Assembly (NCBI GenBank): GCA_964644965.1
Contig: CAZXYN010000001.1
Location: 221,556 to 285,555 of the forward strand
DNA length: 64,000 nt
From: an uncultured Candidatus Saccharibacteria bacterium
GTDB taxonomy: Bacteria > Patescibacteriota > Saccharimonadia > Saccharimonadales > JACDBH01
Reading direction: 5' to 3'
The notes beneath the pieces are model-generated. The model saw only the letters and a list, made by a program, of their open reading frames with translations. It was not told the origin of the DNA and searched no databases. Position 1 is the stretch's first letter. The number at the start of each line of letters is the position of its first letter. The position numbers and the translations under genes were made by a program. Positions 30,137 through 38,605 of the stretch are shown here, piece after piece.

Positions 30137-30925
30137 ATGGACTATTGGCACAAACAAACTAGCGACAAACCGCTGTACGAAGATATCCTGTGGAGTAGGC
30201 CAGAGTCTAAGTCTCGGGCAGGCAAGCTTCTGATAATTGGCGGCAATGCCCACGCCTTCTCGTCGGTCGGCGAGGCCTACCAGGGTTCTGTCGCTGCAGG
30301 CGCAGGCGTTGTCCGATCATTACTGCCAGAGGCACTAAGGAAAATCGTTGGTAGCCTGCTAGAGGGGACTGACTTTGCGCCGAGCACACCTAGTGGTAGT
30401 TTTGGTCGTGAAGCCTTGCAGGAGTGCTTAGCGCATGCTAGTTGGGCTGACAGCGTACTTGTGGCCGGTGATCTAGGTCGAAACAGCGAGACAGCGATTT
30501 TACTTGAAAGCTTTGTCCAAAAATACTCGGGTTCGCTAACTGTAACCAAAGATGCAGTAGACTATTTTTACGCTCAGCCGGAATTGTTAGCGGACAGACC
30601 GCAGACTATGATTGTGCTCAGCATGGCGCAACTGCAAAAACTTGGCACTTCACTCAAATTCCCAACACCTTTTCTACTGGGCATGGGGCTAATGTTGCTA
30701 GCCCAAGCGCTGCACGAATTCACACTGAAACACGACGTAATTATCGTAACCAAGGAGCTAGACCAAATTGTTGTGGCTTATGAAGGCAAGGTCAGCTCAA
30801 CCAAGCTCAAATCCGACAAAGAAGTCTGGCGCGCCAAGGCGGCTGCACAGGCCAGTGTATTTTGGATGCAAAACCCAAACAAGCCGTTCGAAGCCATCAC
30901 TTCGTCCTTTGCCTTTTCAGACTAA
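30137..30925 (+). CDS. YjeF_C/carbohydrate-kinase-like protein (NAD(P)HX-dehydratase-like fold)
   Basis: GKLLIIGGNAHAFSSVGEAYQGSVAAGAGVVRSLLPE resembles the YjeF C-terminal domain signature; start placed at the MDYWHK Met. Confidence 0.4.
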   Translation: MDYWHKQTSDKPLYEDILWSRPESKSRAGKLLIIGGNAHAFSSVGEAYQGSVAAGAGVVRSLLPEALRKIVGSLLEGTDFAPSTPSGSFGREALQECLAHASWADSVLVAGDLGRNSETAILLESFVQKYSGSLTVTKDAVDYFYAQPELLADRPQTMIVLSMAQLQKLGTSLKFPTPFLLGMGLMLLAQALHEFTLKHDVIIVTKELDQIVVAYEGKVSSTKLKSDKEVWRAKAAAQASVFWMQNPNKPFEAITSSFAFSD

Positions 30926-31014
30926 TATTAGAAAAGACGAGGCTAGAGTCTATTTTGAAAAAATAAATGCGCCAATTGCAGGTTTATACAGATAATACTA
31001 TACTCATATCTGAT

Positions 31015-31809
31015 ATGACAGAGAGGAATCTTGAACACGCATTGCAGATAGCCCGCCAAGCGGTCACCGAAGCTGGGCAAGAATTAAAACAGTACTATGG
31101 CAACATAGAGGCGATTAGCAAAGGGGACGGCAATAGTATTGGCGGCATAGTTACAGAACTAGACCGCAAAACCGAGCAATTTCTAGAAAAAGAGCTTGGT
31201 AAGTTTTCTGCTGACGTTGGTTTTCGTGGCGAGGAATTTGGTGTTCAGAATCACGCTGATACAACATGGCTTGTTGATCCGATTGACGGAACGGCGCACT
31301 TTGTCAGAGGCATACCTTTCTGTACTACAATGGTTGCCTTGATAGAAAACGGCGAAGTAGTGTTGTCTGTAATTCACGACTTTGTTAATGATGATACATA
31401 CTGGGCAATTAGGGGTAGTGGTGCATATTGTAATGACAAAAGAATTTCCGTCAGCCAGCGTTCACTTAAACAGAGTTTGATTTCCTTTGAAACAAAGTTA
31501 GAAAAGCCAGAGAATTATGAAAGATATCTCGCCGTACGGCGAGAAGCAGGAATTATCGCAACTATAAACTGCGGCTTTGAGTTCGCTATGATTGCATCCG
31601 GCAAACTCGATGGGCGTATTGGTTTAGAGCCTTACGGTATGGATTGGGACTTTGCGCCAGGCTCATTGTTAGTCAGCGAGGCAGGCGGTGTGGCTGCGAA
31701 CATTGGCAAAGATACTTATGACTACCAAAACCACGACTTTATTATTGCTAATGCTGCTGTTCACAGAGATTTGACAGAGGGTGACAACGCCATCTTTCCT
31801 AAAGCCTAG
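31015..31809 (+). CDS. inositol monophosphatase-family phosphatase
   Basis: WLVDPIDGTAHFVRG and WDFAPG motifs; start placed at the MTERNLEHAL Met (track ORF starts at 30967). Confidence 0.85.
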   Translation: MTERNLEHALQIARQAVTEAGQELKQYYGNIEAISKGDGNSIGGIVTELDRKTEQFLEKELGKFSADVGFRGEEFGVQNHADTTWLVDPIDGTAHFVRGIPFCTTMVALIENGEVVLSVIHDFVNDDTYWAIRGSGAYCNDKRISVSQRSLKQSLISFETKLEKPENYERYLAVRREAGIIATINCGFEFAMIASGKLDGRIGLEPYGMDWDFAPGSLLVSEAGGVAANIGKDTYDYQNHDFIIANAAVHRDLTEGDNAIFPKA

Positions 31810-31857
31810 CCTTCAAAAATCCACCGCTCAGACACGCCGTTTATGCCCTTGTGGGCA

Positions 31858-31950
31858 GCCGACCCGACAGACCTGGATTTTCTCAACTGAAAAAAGAAAT
31901 TCGGCGGGGAAATCTCAAAAGATATGCAAAAGTCTGAGCGGGCGGTTCGC
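31858..31950 (+). repeat. copy A of a ~90-nt imperfect repeat with internal inverted arms
   Basis: Core aaaaaagaaattcggcggggaaatctcaaaagatatgcaaa (31890-31930); arms gccgacccgacagac and gtctgagcgggcggttcg; near-copy at 33246-33345. Confidence 0.75.
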
Positions 31951-31994
31951 CAGAAAATACGCTAAAAAGCGCATTTTCTGAAAATGGCAACTAT

Positions 31995-32606
31995 CTAGTC
32001 GCGTAAAGCCTGTCCGTATTTGGACATCAATAGTCCTAAATCTGGTTTGCCAAATTTTTCAGTCAGACGAGCAAAACTTTTTTCTGCCTCTACGCCGAAA
32101 CGAGCAACATATCCCGTGTAGAATTTATGGGAATTGAAAACAGGCGGTTCTATCTTTGAGTGGAATTTGTCGGCATACATCACTAATTCTTCCTCTGGTG
32201 TGTCGGCTAGATAGTCGTCATGCGGCAGCGGCAAATTATTTTCTTCAATTTGTTTTTTAGTTATTCCTGCGCCTGTATGGTGCGAGGCAAACCGACAAAG
32301 TTCTTTTGCAAAACCCTCGTTTTGCAAAATTTCCTCTCCACGAACACCGTGCGTGATATATTTGCTTGTGTCTTTCTCAACGCCGTTTTTGTCAAATAAT
32401 GGATAAACGCCGATATCATGCATCAAACAACCTACCTTTACAAGTTCAATGTCTACATTTGCGCCAGATGTTTCAGCAAGTTGCGCCGCAATTTCGCTAA
32501 CTATCTGACAATGGGTAAAAACAAGGTCAAATACGCTATCAGTTGGCGCATACTTTCTATGCAACGCCTCTATCTCATCAAAAGTTGGCAGAACAACGCT
32601 AGGCAT
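31995..32606 (-). CDS. HD-domain phosphohydrolase
   Basis: CLMHDIGV (HD dyad) and ASHHTGAG. Confidence 0.75.
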   Translation of the reverse strand: MPSVVLPTFDEIEALHRKYAPTDSVFDLVFTHCQIVSEIAAQLAETSGANVDIELVKVGCLMHDIGVYPLFDKNGVEKDTSKYITHGVRGEEILQNEGFAKELCRFASHHTGAGITKKQIEENNLPLPHDDYLADTPEEELVMYADKFHSKIEPPVFNSHKFYTGYVARFGVEAEKSFARLTEKFGKPDLGLLMSKYGQALRD

Positions 32607-33216
32607 TATCTACGCTCTTCTTGGCAACAATTTGTAGCCAAGTTGCGTTTGCGGTTGCCTTATCGCCACTTATTTCAACATCGCCAAAACCAGTAGTTTC
32701 CAGCACTTCACGAATCTGCGGCTCTGTCCAGTAACAGAAAAAACGTGGTGCGCCCAGTTTTTCCTCCGACCAGCCTTCGCCCTCACCTTGTTTTAGTGTA
32801 AACGCAAATTTACCGTCTGTGTTTAATGCGTCAAAAACTTTTTTGATAACTTGCGAGGCTTCATCACGAGTAAAATGTAGCAATACGGCGTTTGCTAAAA
32901 CATAATCAAGCCCTTGCGGCAGTTCGTCAGTAATAGCATTTAGTACTTTTGCGTCAAAGCCTTTTTGTTGCAACAAATCAACAAACGCTGGTGTTGCGTC
33001 TGTACACTCAACAGTATAGCCAAGCCCCGCAAGATACTCGGCATCACGACCAAAGGCACTTCCAAATTCCAAAATTCGTGCGTCTTTTGGTACATCTGCC
33101 AGCGAACTATCTAGCCAGTCTTTGACAACTCCCGAAACTTCGTGAGGCGTGCCGTCAATATATTCTTGTATATGCGCATTGTAACTTTCAACAGTTCTGC
33201 TATTGGTTTCACTCAT
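32599..33216 (-). CDS. class I SAM-dependent methyltransferase
   Basis: Motif I ILEFGSAFGRDA; start placed at the MSETNS Met (33214-33216); 8-nt overlap with the HD gene. Confidence 0.8.
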   Translation of the reverse strand: MSETNSRTVESYNAHIQEYIDGTPHEVSGVVKDWLDSSLADVPKDARILEFGSAFGRDAEYLAGLGYTVECTDATPAFVDLLQQKGFDAKVLNAITDELPQGLDYVLANAVLLHFTRDEASQVIKKVFDALNTDGKFAFTLKQGEGEGWSEEKLGAPRFFCYWTEPQIREVLETTGFGDVEISGDKATANATWLQIVAKKSVDNA

Positions 33217-33245
33217 AGGTGTAATTATATCACGCTTACAGCGTG

Positions 33246-33345
33246 AACGAACCGCCCGACCAGACTTTTTCCAAATCAAAAAAGAAATTAGGCGGGGAAA
33301 ATCTCAAAAAATATGCAAAGGCTTTTTCTGGCGGAGCGCAGCGGG
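33246..33345 (+). repeat. copy B of the ~90-nt imperfect repeat
   Basis: Core aaaaaagaaattaggcggggaaaatctcaaaaaatatgcaaa (33278-33319); left arm aaccgcccgaccagac. Confidence 0.75.
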
Positions 33346-33423
33346 CAAGCCTGCCCGCTAGGCGGCGTGGCTTGCCTCGTTCAACAATTTTCCTCAAAAT
33401 AGGTTCTAGCCTTGTCGTAAAAA

Positions 33424-33472
33424 CCCACCAATGTAAAAAACCAGCGAAATGCTGGTTTTTTACATTGGTGGG
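33424..33472 (-). terminator. 22-bp perfect hairpin terminator overlapping the tRNA-Leu 3' end
   Basis: cccaccaatgtaaaaaaccagc / gctggttttttacattggtggg with a 5-nt loop; on the minus strand it is followed by a TTTTT run; the right arm includes the tRNA CCCACCA. Confidence 0.6.
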
Positions 33473-33552
33473 CGAGGTGGGACTTGAACCCACACGAGCT
33501 AATGCTCACAAGATTTTGAGTCTAGCGCGTCTACCAATTCCGCCACTCACCC
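33466..33552 (-). tRNA. tRNA-Leu (anticodon CAA)
   Basis: Minus strand: GGGTGAG acceptor, D-arm GGCGGAATTGGTAGAC, anticodon loop CTCAAAA, long variable arm, T-arm GTGGGTTCAAGTCCCAC, CTCGCCC-A-CCA encoded. Confidence 0.9.
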
Positions 33553-33637
33553 AGATGAATCGACTCCTACTTGCACATGTCAGGTTCGAATAACAGAGGG
33601 AATTATACTATAATGGTTAAGGACTGACCACCTTGTA

Positions 33638-34837
33638 ATGAAAACAATTAACCCGCTAAACCCCTTGCCAGACGATCAAAAGTCTCCTGAAAACAACGAG
33701 GCTGTTGATTTAATTCGTCGCAAACTTGCCGGACTTTATGATAGCGAACCAGATGCCGTCACCGAGGCAATTGAGAGTGTCCAAGAAAAAGAATCCAAGC
33801 GGAGCAAACACCAAAAATTTATGGCTGACTTGGCGGCCTCCGGCAAGCCGTTTGCGCAGATTCAAACCGAGTGGCACAACTACTACCAATCTCTCCCCAA
33901 CAAAGAGAAGCATGATGTCTGGAACGAATTTTATAGTGCCCAGAATCACAAGCCACAGTTCAAATCTCAAGACAAGCTAAATATAGAATCAAGTCCAGCA
34001 GCTCTTGCTGGAGGTATGTTCGAAGCAGCCGAACCAGCTCAGGCAAAATCTAAGCGCTCAGACACAGTCGCCGATCTAAAAAAGCAGCTGACCAGCCGTA
34101 TTCAGACCAAGGGCAAGCTATCAAAAAATCAGCACATGAAGTCACTGTTGTTCGGAGTAGGAGTCGGAACATTTACAGTCATCCTGCTGCTTTTTGGCTT
34201 CTTCAACGAGCGATTTATTGCACCATTTATTACACCAAGCCGAACTGTTAGCTCGACACCACTCATCGCTGATGATTTGAGCGGGGAAGTCGGCGATGAA
34301 TCACGGCTGATTATTCCCAAAATCAATGTTGAGCTACCGGTAGTCTATGACGTCGAATCTGTGGATGAACATGCCGTCCAAGCAGGTCTAGAGGAAGGTG
34401 TCGTGCACTACGCCACAACATCGCACCCAGGCGAGAAGGGCAACGGCGCAATCTTTGGACACTCTAGCAATAACATCCTTAATAAGGGCAAATATAAGTT
34501 CGCATTTGTACTACTAAGCCGACTGGAAAATGGCGATACGTTCTATATTGAAAAGGACGGCGTGCGCTACGTTTACCGCGTATTCCAGAAGGAAGTTGTT
34601 TCGCCGAGCGAAGTCAGCGTGCTCAATGACGTACCGGGCAAAACCAGCACCATAACTCTCATAACCTGTGACCCTCCAGGAACCACCATTAACCGTCTTG
34701 TGGTGTGGGGTGAGCAAGTCAGCCCAGATCCAGCCGAAAACACCGCCAGTACAGCCAAGGACGCCAGTACCAGCCCAGAAACCCTTGCCGGTAACGCCGA
34801 GTCGCTCTGGTCTCGTATTTGGAACTCAATTTTCTAG
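33638..34837 (+). CDS. sortase-family transpeptidase with long N-terminal region and TM anchor
   Basis: TM segment LLFGVGVGTFTVILLLFGFF; GAIFGHSS (His) and TITLITCDP (TLxTC Cys) sortase motifs. Confidence 0.8.
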   Translation: MKTINPLNPLPDDQKSPENNEAVDLIRRKLAGLYDSEPDAVTEAIESVQEKESKRSKHQKFMADLAASGKPFAQIQTEWHNYYQSLPNKEKHDVWNEFYSAQNHKPQFKSQDKLNIESSPAALAGGMFEAAEPAQAKSKRSDTVADLKKQLTSRIQTKGKLSKNQHMKSLLFGVGVGTFTVILLLFGFFNERFIAPFITPSRTVSSTPLIADDLSGEVGDESRLIIPKINVELPVVYDVESVDEHAVQAGLEEGVVHYATTSHPGEKGNGAIFGHSSNNILNKGKYKFAFVLLSRLENGDTFYIEKDGVRYVYRVFQKEVVSPSEVSVLNDVPGKTSTITLITCDPPGTTINRLVVWGEQVSPDPAENTASTAKDASTSPETLAGNAESLWSRIWNSIF

Positions 34838-34972
34838 ATTTATGTTTTTTTGGGTCAAAAGACACGTTCTTTAAATAAAGAACCAACTTATTCCATTTTT
34901 GAGTCAGCAAAAAGATCTGGACAAAAACTGACCGGCAACTCAGCCGCCACGGCTTAGCCGTGGCAATATATA

Positions 34973-35037
34973 TGACTTATATAATTAATTATATAAGTCA
35001 GGTTTCTTCCGGTTTATATAAACATTTATATAAACCG
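34973..35037. repeat. two adjacent AT-rich perfect palindromes sharing a TTATATAA core
   Basis: 28-bp palindrome TGACTTATATAATTAATTATATAAGTCA (34973-35000); 13-bp arms CGGTTTATATAAA/TTTATATAAACCG (35010-35037). Confidence 0.9.
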
Positions 35038-35088
35038 TTGCAGTCCTATGGGCATTCACCACTACTCCTGATTTGAATGCTGTAAACA

Positions 35089-35181
35089 AACACAATAGAT
35101 AGCAGGGCGTCAGGTCATGAACTCTATTATGGAACTTCATGACCCGACCACAGGGAGTCCGCCCTGCGTATTGTGTTTTTT
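35089..35181 (+). ncRNA. candidate ~90-nt structured RNA (three nested helices plus U-run)
   Basis: AACACAATA(35089)/TATTGTGTT(35169), AGGGCG(35104)/CGCCCT(35160), GGTCATGAA(35113)/TTCATGACC(35136), then TTTTTT; in an ORF-free gap. Confidence 0.4.
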
Positions 35182-35225
35182 ATCAGCAATTCAAGTCAAG
35201 GGTAGGGGTGTGCCGAGTTTCTTTG

Positions 35226-35255
35226 CATACTTTCTTGTCGATACAAGAAAGTATG
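35226..35255. repeat. 13-bp perfect inverted repeat
   Basis: CATACTTTCTTGT-cgat-ACAAGAAAGTATG; lies downstream of the minus-strand PEGA operon. Confidence 0.85.
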
Positions 35256-35300
35256 AGGTTGGTTCTTCATTGGAAGAACATTATAGTGTCTGGTTTCTTA

Positions 35301-35543
35301 CTAAAAGTTTTCTTGTATCGATCTAAGGGATTTAGCTAAACCGTGTACTGCAACGTATGCGCCAGCTCCTATGAGTAGCACCCCTATAGATTCGTTCTCG
35401 AGAGTGTCAGCGACTTTAAACACCTCTGCACCGAGCACAACCGACCCTATACCGGCAATACTTTCGATAAGCGGAGAAAATACCTCCTGCACAGTTCGGC
35501 TAGTGGACTCTGGCGATAATTGTTCTTGTTCATACTTGCTCAT
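35301..35543 (-). CDS. hypothetical small membrane protein
   Basis: 80 aa; hydrophobic segments IAGIGSVVLGAEVF and IGVLLIGAGAYVAVHGL; 3 nt downstream of the PEGA gene. Confidence 0.5.
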   Translation of the reverse strand: MSKYEQEQLSPESTSRTVQEVFSPLIESIAGIGSVVLGAEVFKVADTLENESIGVLLIGAGAYVAVHGLAKSLRSIQENF

Positions 35544-35546
35544 AAG

Positions 35547-37025
35547 CTAATCGTCGATAACTGTAATTGTTAGAGCCTTTTTATTCCCATCTGCCTTGGA
35601 CTCCTCAAAAGTCAGCACATTGTCATAATCGCGGTCAAAGAATGGTCCTGAGCGAAGCCTAGAGGTTACAAGCGTCTGCACGTTCGATCCATCGAAATCT
35701 ACAATGTATGACTGATCATCCACCGTGTATATATAGCGATGACCGTCCATCCACTTGATCTGTTGAGCTGTAGGTATCTGCTGGTCTAGTTTGAGTCGAT
35801 ACTGATGATTTTCATACAAATCAAGCGTCACTATCTCGTTGCCGCTCTGTACACCAATAAACTGTGTATTAGCGGAAAACGAAACAAACTGCGGATTATC
35901 TAAACGCATCAGTGCCGTGATGAGCAGTGGAGTCTTTGTTTGGTTCTTGAGAGCTGATAGTGGATTCTCGTAAACCGACGTGATATTTTCCGAAGAGCTG
36001 CCAACAACGTAGTACCACTCACCATCATATTTTGAGACATCCATAAGATAGTTATTGGATTCTTTGATGGTTTTCAGAACATAAGTTTTGTCGCCCTCTA
36101 GGATCCTGAAATCAGTCTTGCCCGGCTCAACATCTTCTTGTGTAGCATAGACAATAATATCGTCGCCGTAGGTACTGTAATCTATAACGTTTTCGAGAAC
36201 TGGTGCAGATATGGTTTTGTTACCAAGATCGGCGATACGCAGCACGCCAGGAACTTCGGTTTGGTAATAAAACTTGTCGTAGTGCTTGTTGCGCAGACTA
36301 ATGACTTCGGGGCTAATCCCAAAAGTCTTATTTATGCTAAAGCTCTCGCTCGGCTGCTCGCGGTCAATCATTAAGAACTCTGTGATTGCCCCATAGGTTC
36401 GCTTAAATAAAACATGACGGTTGTCATTAGACCATTCTACAAGCGACAGGCTAGATTCGGCCGAAGGATCGGTGAGTATATTTGGCGGAACTACGATAGA
36501 TTTAGGGTTGGCTTCTGGATTATTAAGATCATAGACATCGAACTGGTAGGTTGTAGTCGGCCTCTGTACCAGCACCCAACGACGATCCGGACTCTGAGTA
36601 GCAAATCCTGGCAATAAATCGTATTGTTGCACGTCAGACGTTTCTAGATTGTTAGGAAGCAACAATGGGTAGACTAGGCGTTGTATCTGCCCACCAGACA
36701 GATTAAAAGTGCGTTCCCAGTGCCTGTACCCCTCGGCTTCAATTCTGATGGTGTAGGTTCCGGCCGGCAACACCATGCGTGTGTCAGTCCGCGAGCCCTG
36801 TTCTACCTCATTTAAATAGATATTGGCACCTTGCGGCTTAGAATCAACAAACACGATGCCGTTTTGGATCAAATTGCCAGTCTTGCGGTCAATATCAAAA
36901 CCGTATGCCAGATAGAGAACAATCATGGTGCCCAAGGCAACCACAATTGACATCAGCGCATAGCCAAGAAACAGTCGGCGGCGATGCGCTCTTTTACGTC
37001 GAGGGTCGAGAAAATCCATTTGCAT
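35547..37025 (-). CDS. membrane-anchored PEGA-domain protein
   Basis: TM segment LFLGYALMSIVVALGTMIVLYLAY; PEGA-like GANIYLNEVEQGSRTDTRMVLPAGTYTIRIEAEGY; start placed at the MQMDFLD ATG. Confidence 0.7.
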   Translation of the reverse strand: MQMDFLDPRRKRAHRRRLFLGYALMSIVVALGTMIVLYLAYGFDIDRKTGNLIQNGIVFVDSKPQGANIYLNEVEQGSRTDTRMVLPAGTYTIRIEAEGYRHWERTFNLSGGQIQRLVYPLLLPNNLETSDVQQYDLLPGFATQSPDRRWVLVQRPTTTYQFDVYDLNNPEANPKSIVVPPNILTDPSAESSLSLVEWSNDNRHVLFKRTYGAITEFLMIDREQPSESFSINKTFGISPEVISLRNKHYDKFYYQTEVPGVLRIADLGNKTISAPVLENVIDYSTYGDDIIVYATQEDVEPGKTDFRILEGDKTYVLKTIKESNNYLMDVSKYDGEWYYVVGSSSENITSVYENPLSALKNQTKTPLLITALMRLDNPQFVSFSANTQFIGVQSGNEIVTLDLYENHQYRLKLDQQIPTAQQIKWMDGHRYIYTVDDQSYIVDFDGSNVQTLVTSRLRSGPFFDRDYDNVLTFEESKADGNKKALTITVIDD

Positions 37026-37224
37026 AAATACGTGTGTTTGAACCAATACTTGCTTTATTTATACCATACTTACTCTGTGATTTGGCTGTAATCATCTACT
37101 TGCCATAACCCTACCAAACCAAGTAAGATGTTGTGAGAGCATCTAATCTTGATGCGCTTCTGGAAAGTATCTCTTTTCAAAAAACAGGGTAACAACAAGA
37201 GCACGAGCTTTATAGGTTTTATTC

Positions 37225-38298
37225 GTGGGCAAACCAACACAGGCAACAATCGAAATCAATGGCAAGCGCTACGACGCACGTACAGGTCAGCTAATAACCG
37301 CTGGCCATTCGTCGTCTCATCAAACAGCCAAACCTAAACCTAAAATCCCATCGACACATTCCCCGGCTAAGTCTCATCCTGTACAAGATATTGCCCGACT
37401 AGCTGCGGCGCCAGCAAAACGCCGCCAAACAGCTCGCAGCCAGACGCTCATGCGTCACGGTGTCAAAAAACCAGCGGTCGTGCCACAAACCAAGCCAGCC
37501 AAAGCTCGCGCAGCAGCCGATATTGCACCAGTTCGTAGCTCAAATACCGTACCGCGTATTCAACATTTTGATGCCGCCAGACAAACTCGTGCCCAAACTA
37601 TCAAGCAGAGCAGGCTTGTCAGCAAATTCCATAATTCAGAAGTTTTACAGCATCCAATTGCCACAACTCAGGCGGCAGTAACCGAACGAATCGAGCATCT
37701 GCCAGTACGACCAGCTCCAGCCATAAAACACGCTGCCTCGCAGGCTCAATCTGTTCTAGAACGCGGCCTTAAGAATGCCCAAAGTCATACCGAAACATTT
37801 AAGCCAGAACAAAAGCATGCCAAAAAATCCAAAAAGCGCGGCAAATCAAAGGTCGCCAGCTATGCGGCTGGCACACTTGCTGCAGTCTTACTATTTGGTT
37901 TTATCGCTTATCAGAGCGTTCCTAACATGTCTGTTCGCTATGCAGCCGCACGTTCAGGCGTAAATGCATCATTACCCGGCTACCAGCCATCAGGTTTTGC
38001 ACTCAGCAACCGGATTCAATACAACCCAGGTCAAATAACAATTAATTTCTCATCTACAACAGATGACCGCGCCTTTAGCATAACTCAGCGTGAAACCGCC
38101 TGGAACAGCGATGCGCTCAAGACCAACTACGTTGATGACCAATCTGACAAAGTCCAAAAATACGAAGACCGTGGCCGAACTATTTATCTCTATGGCGACA
38201 ATAATGCCACCTGGGTAAATGGCGGCGTCTGGTACGACATCAACGGCAACTCGCAGCTCAATAGCGACCAGCTGATCCGAATCGCAACTTCTATGTAA
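37225..38298 (+). CDS. hypothetical basic, membrane-anchored protein
   Basis: GTG start; Ala/Lys/Pro-rich N-terminal half, TM segment AAGTLAAVLLFGFIAY, beta-rich C-terminal domain. Confidence 0.55.
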   Translation: MGKPTQATIEINGKRYDARTGQLITAGHSSSHQTAKPKPKIPSTHSPAKSHPVQDIARLAAAPAKRRQTARSQTLMRHGVKKPAVVPQTKPAKARAAADIAPVRSSNTVPRIQHFDAARQTRAQTIKQSRLVSKFHNSEVLQHPIATTQAAVTERIEHLPVRPAPAIKHAASQAQSVLERGLKNAQSHTETFKPEQKHAKKSKKRGKSKVASYAAGTLAAVLLFGFIAYQSVPNMSVRYAAARSGVNASLPGYQPSGFALSNRIQYNPGQITINFSSTTDDRAFSITQRETAWNSDALKTNYVDDQSDKVQKYEDRGRTIYLYGDNNATWVNGGVWYDINGNSQLNSDQLIRIATSM

Positions 38299-38575
38299 TA
38301 GAGGTTATTAGATTTATGAAAACAATCAGACCGACAATAGCGCCAAAAAGTCGCCTAAAATAGTTTGCGCCCCCAGTAACTTCTAGATATGCCCAGATAA
38401 ACAAAAACAGGCTGGTTACTATCTGCAGTTCGGCTTTGATATCTGATAAAAAGGGTAGGTGGCTCGTGAGCCAAGCAACCAACGCAATAATTATTGGAAT
38501 GTTCGGAAACTGAAAAACAACAAGTTTGTTTTCCTTGTCATAAAAACATTTCTGTAATAATGTCTGCCTTTGCAC
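38291..38575 (-). CDS. hypothetical small membrane protein
   Basis: 94 aa with three hydrophobic segments; convergent 8-nt overlap with the previous gene. Confidence 0.45.
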   Translation of the reverse strand: MQRQTLLQKCFYDKENKLVVFQFPNIPIIIALVAWLTSHLPFLSDIKAELQIVTSLFLFIWAYLEVTGGANYFRRLFGAIVGLIVFINLITSIT

Positions 38576-38605
38576 TTTTTTATATTAACAGAAGGGTAGA
38601 TGCCC

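Noticed and set aside
31781-31981. 66-aa plus-strand ORF
   Set aside because: It coincides with repeat copy A. Its translation resembles that of the copy-B ORF only because the DNA repeat is shared. It has no SD or promoter.
33236-33593. ORFs of 116 aa (+) and 85 aa (-) spanning 33.2-33.6 kb
   Set aside because: They run through tRNA-Leu, its 22-bp terminator hairpin and repeat copy B. They are better explained as non-coding.
35089-35181. Calling the nested-helix element SRP (4.5S) RNA
   Set aside because: It shares only the GUCAGGUC octamer. The GNRA tetraloop and the conserved AGCAGC 3' half of domain IV are missing.
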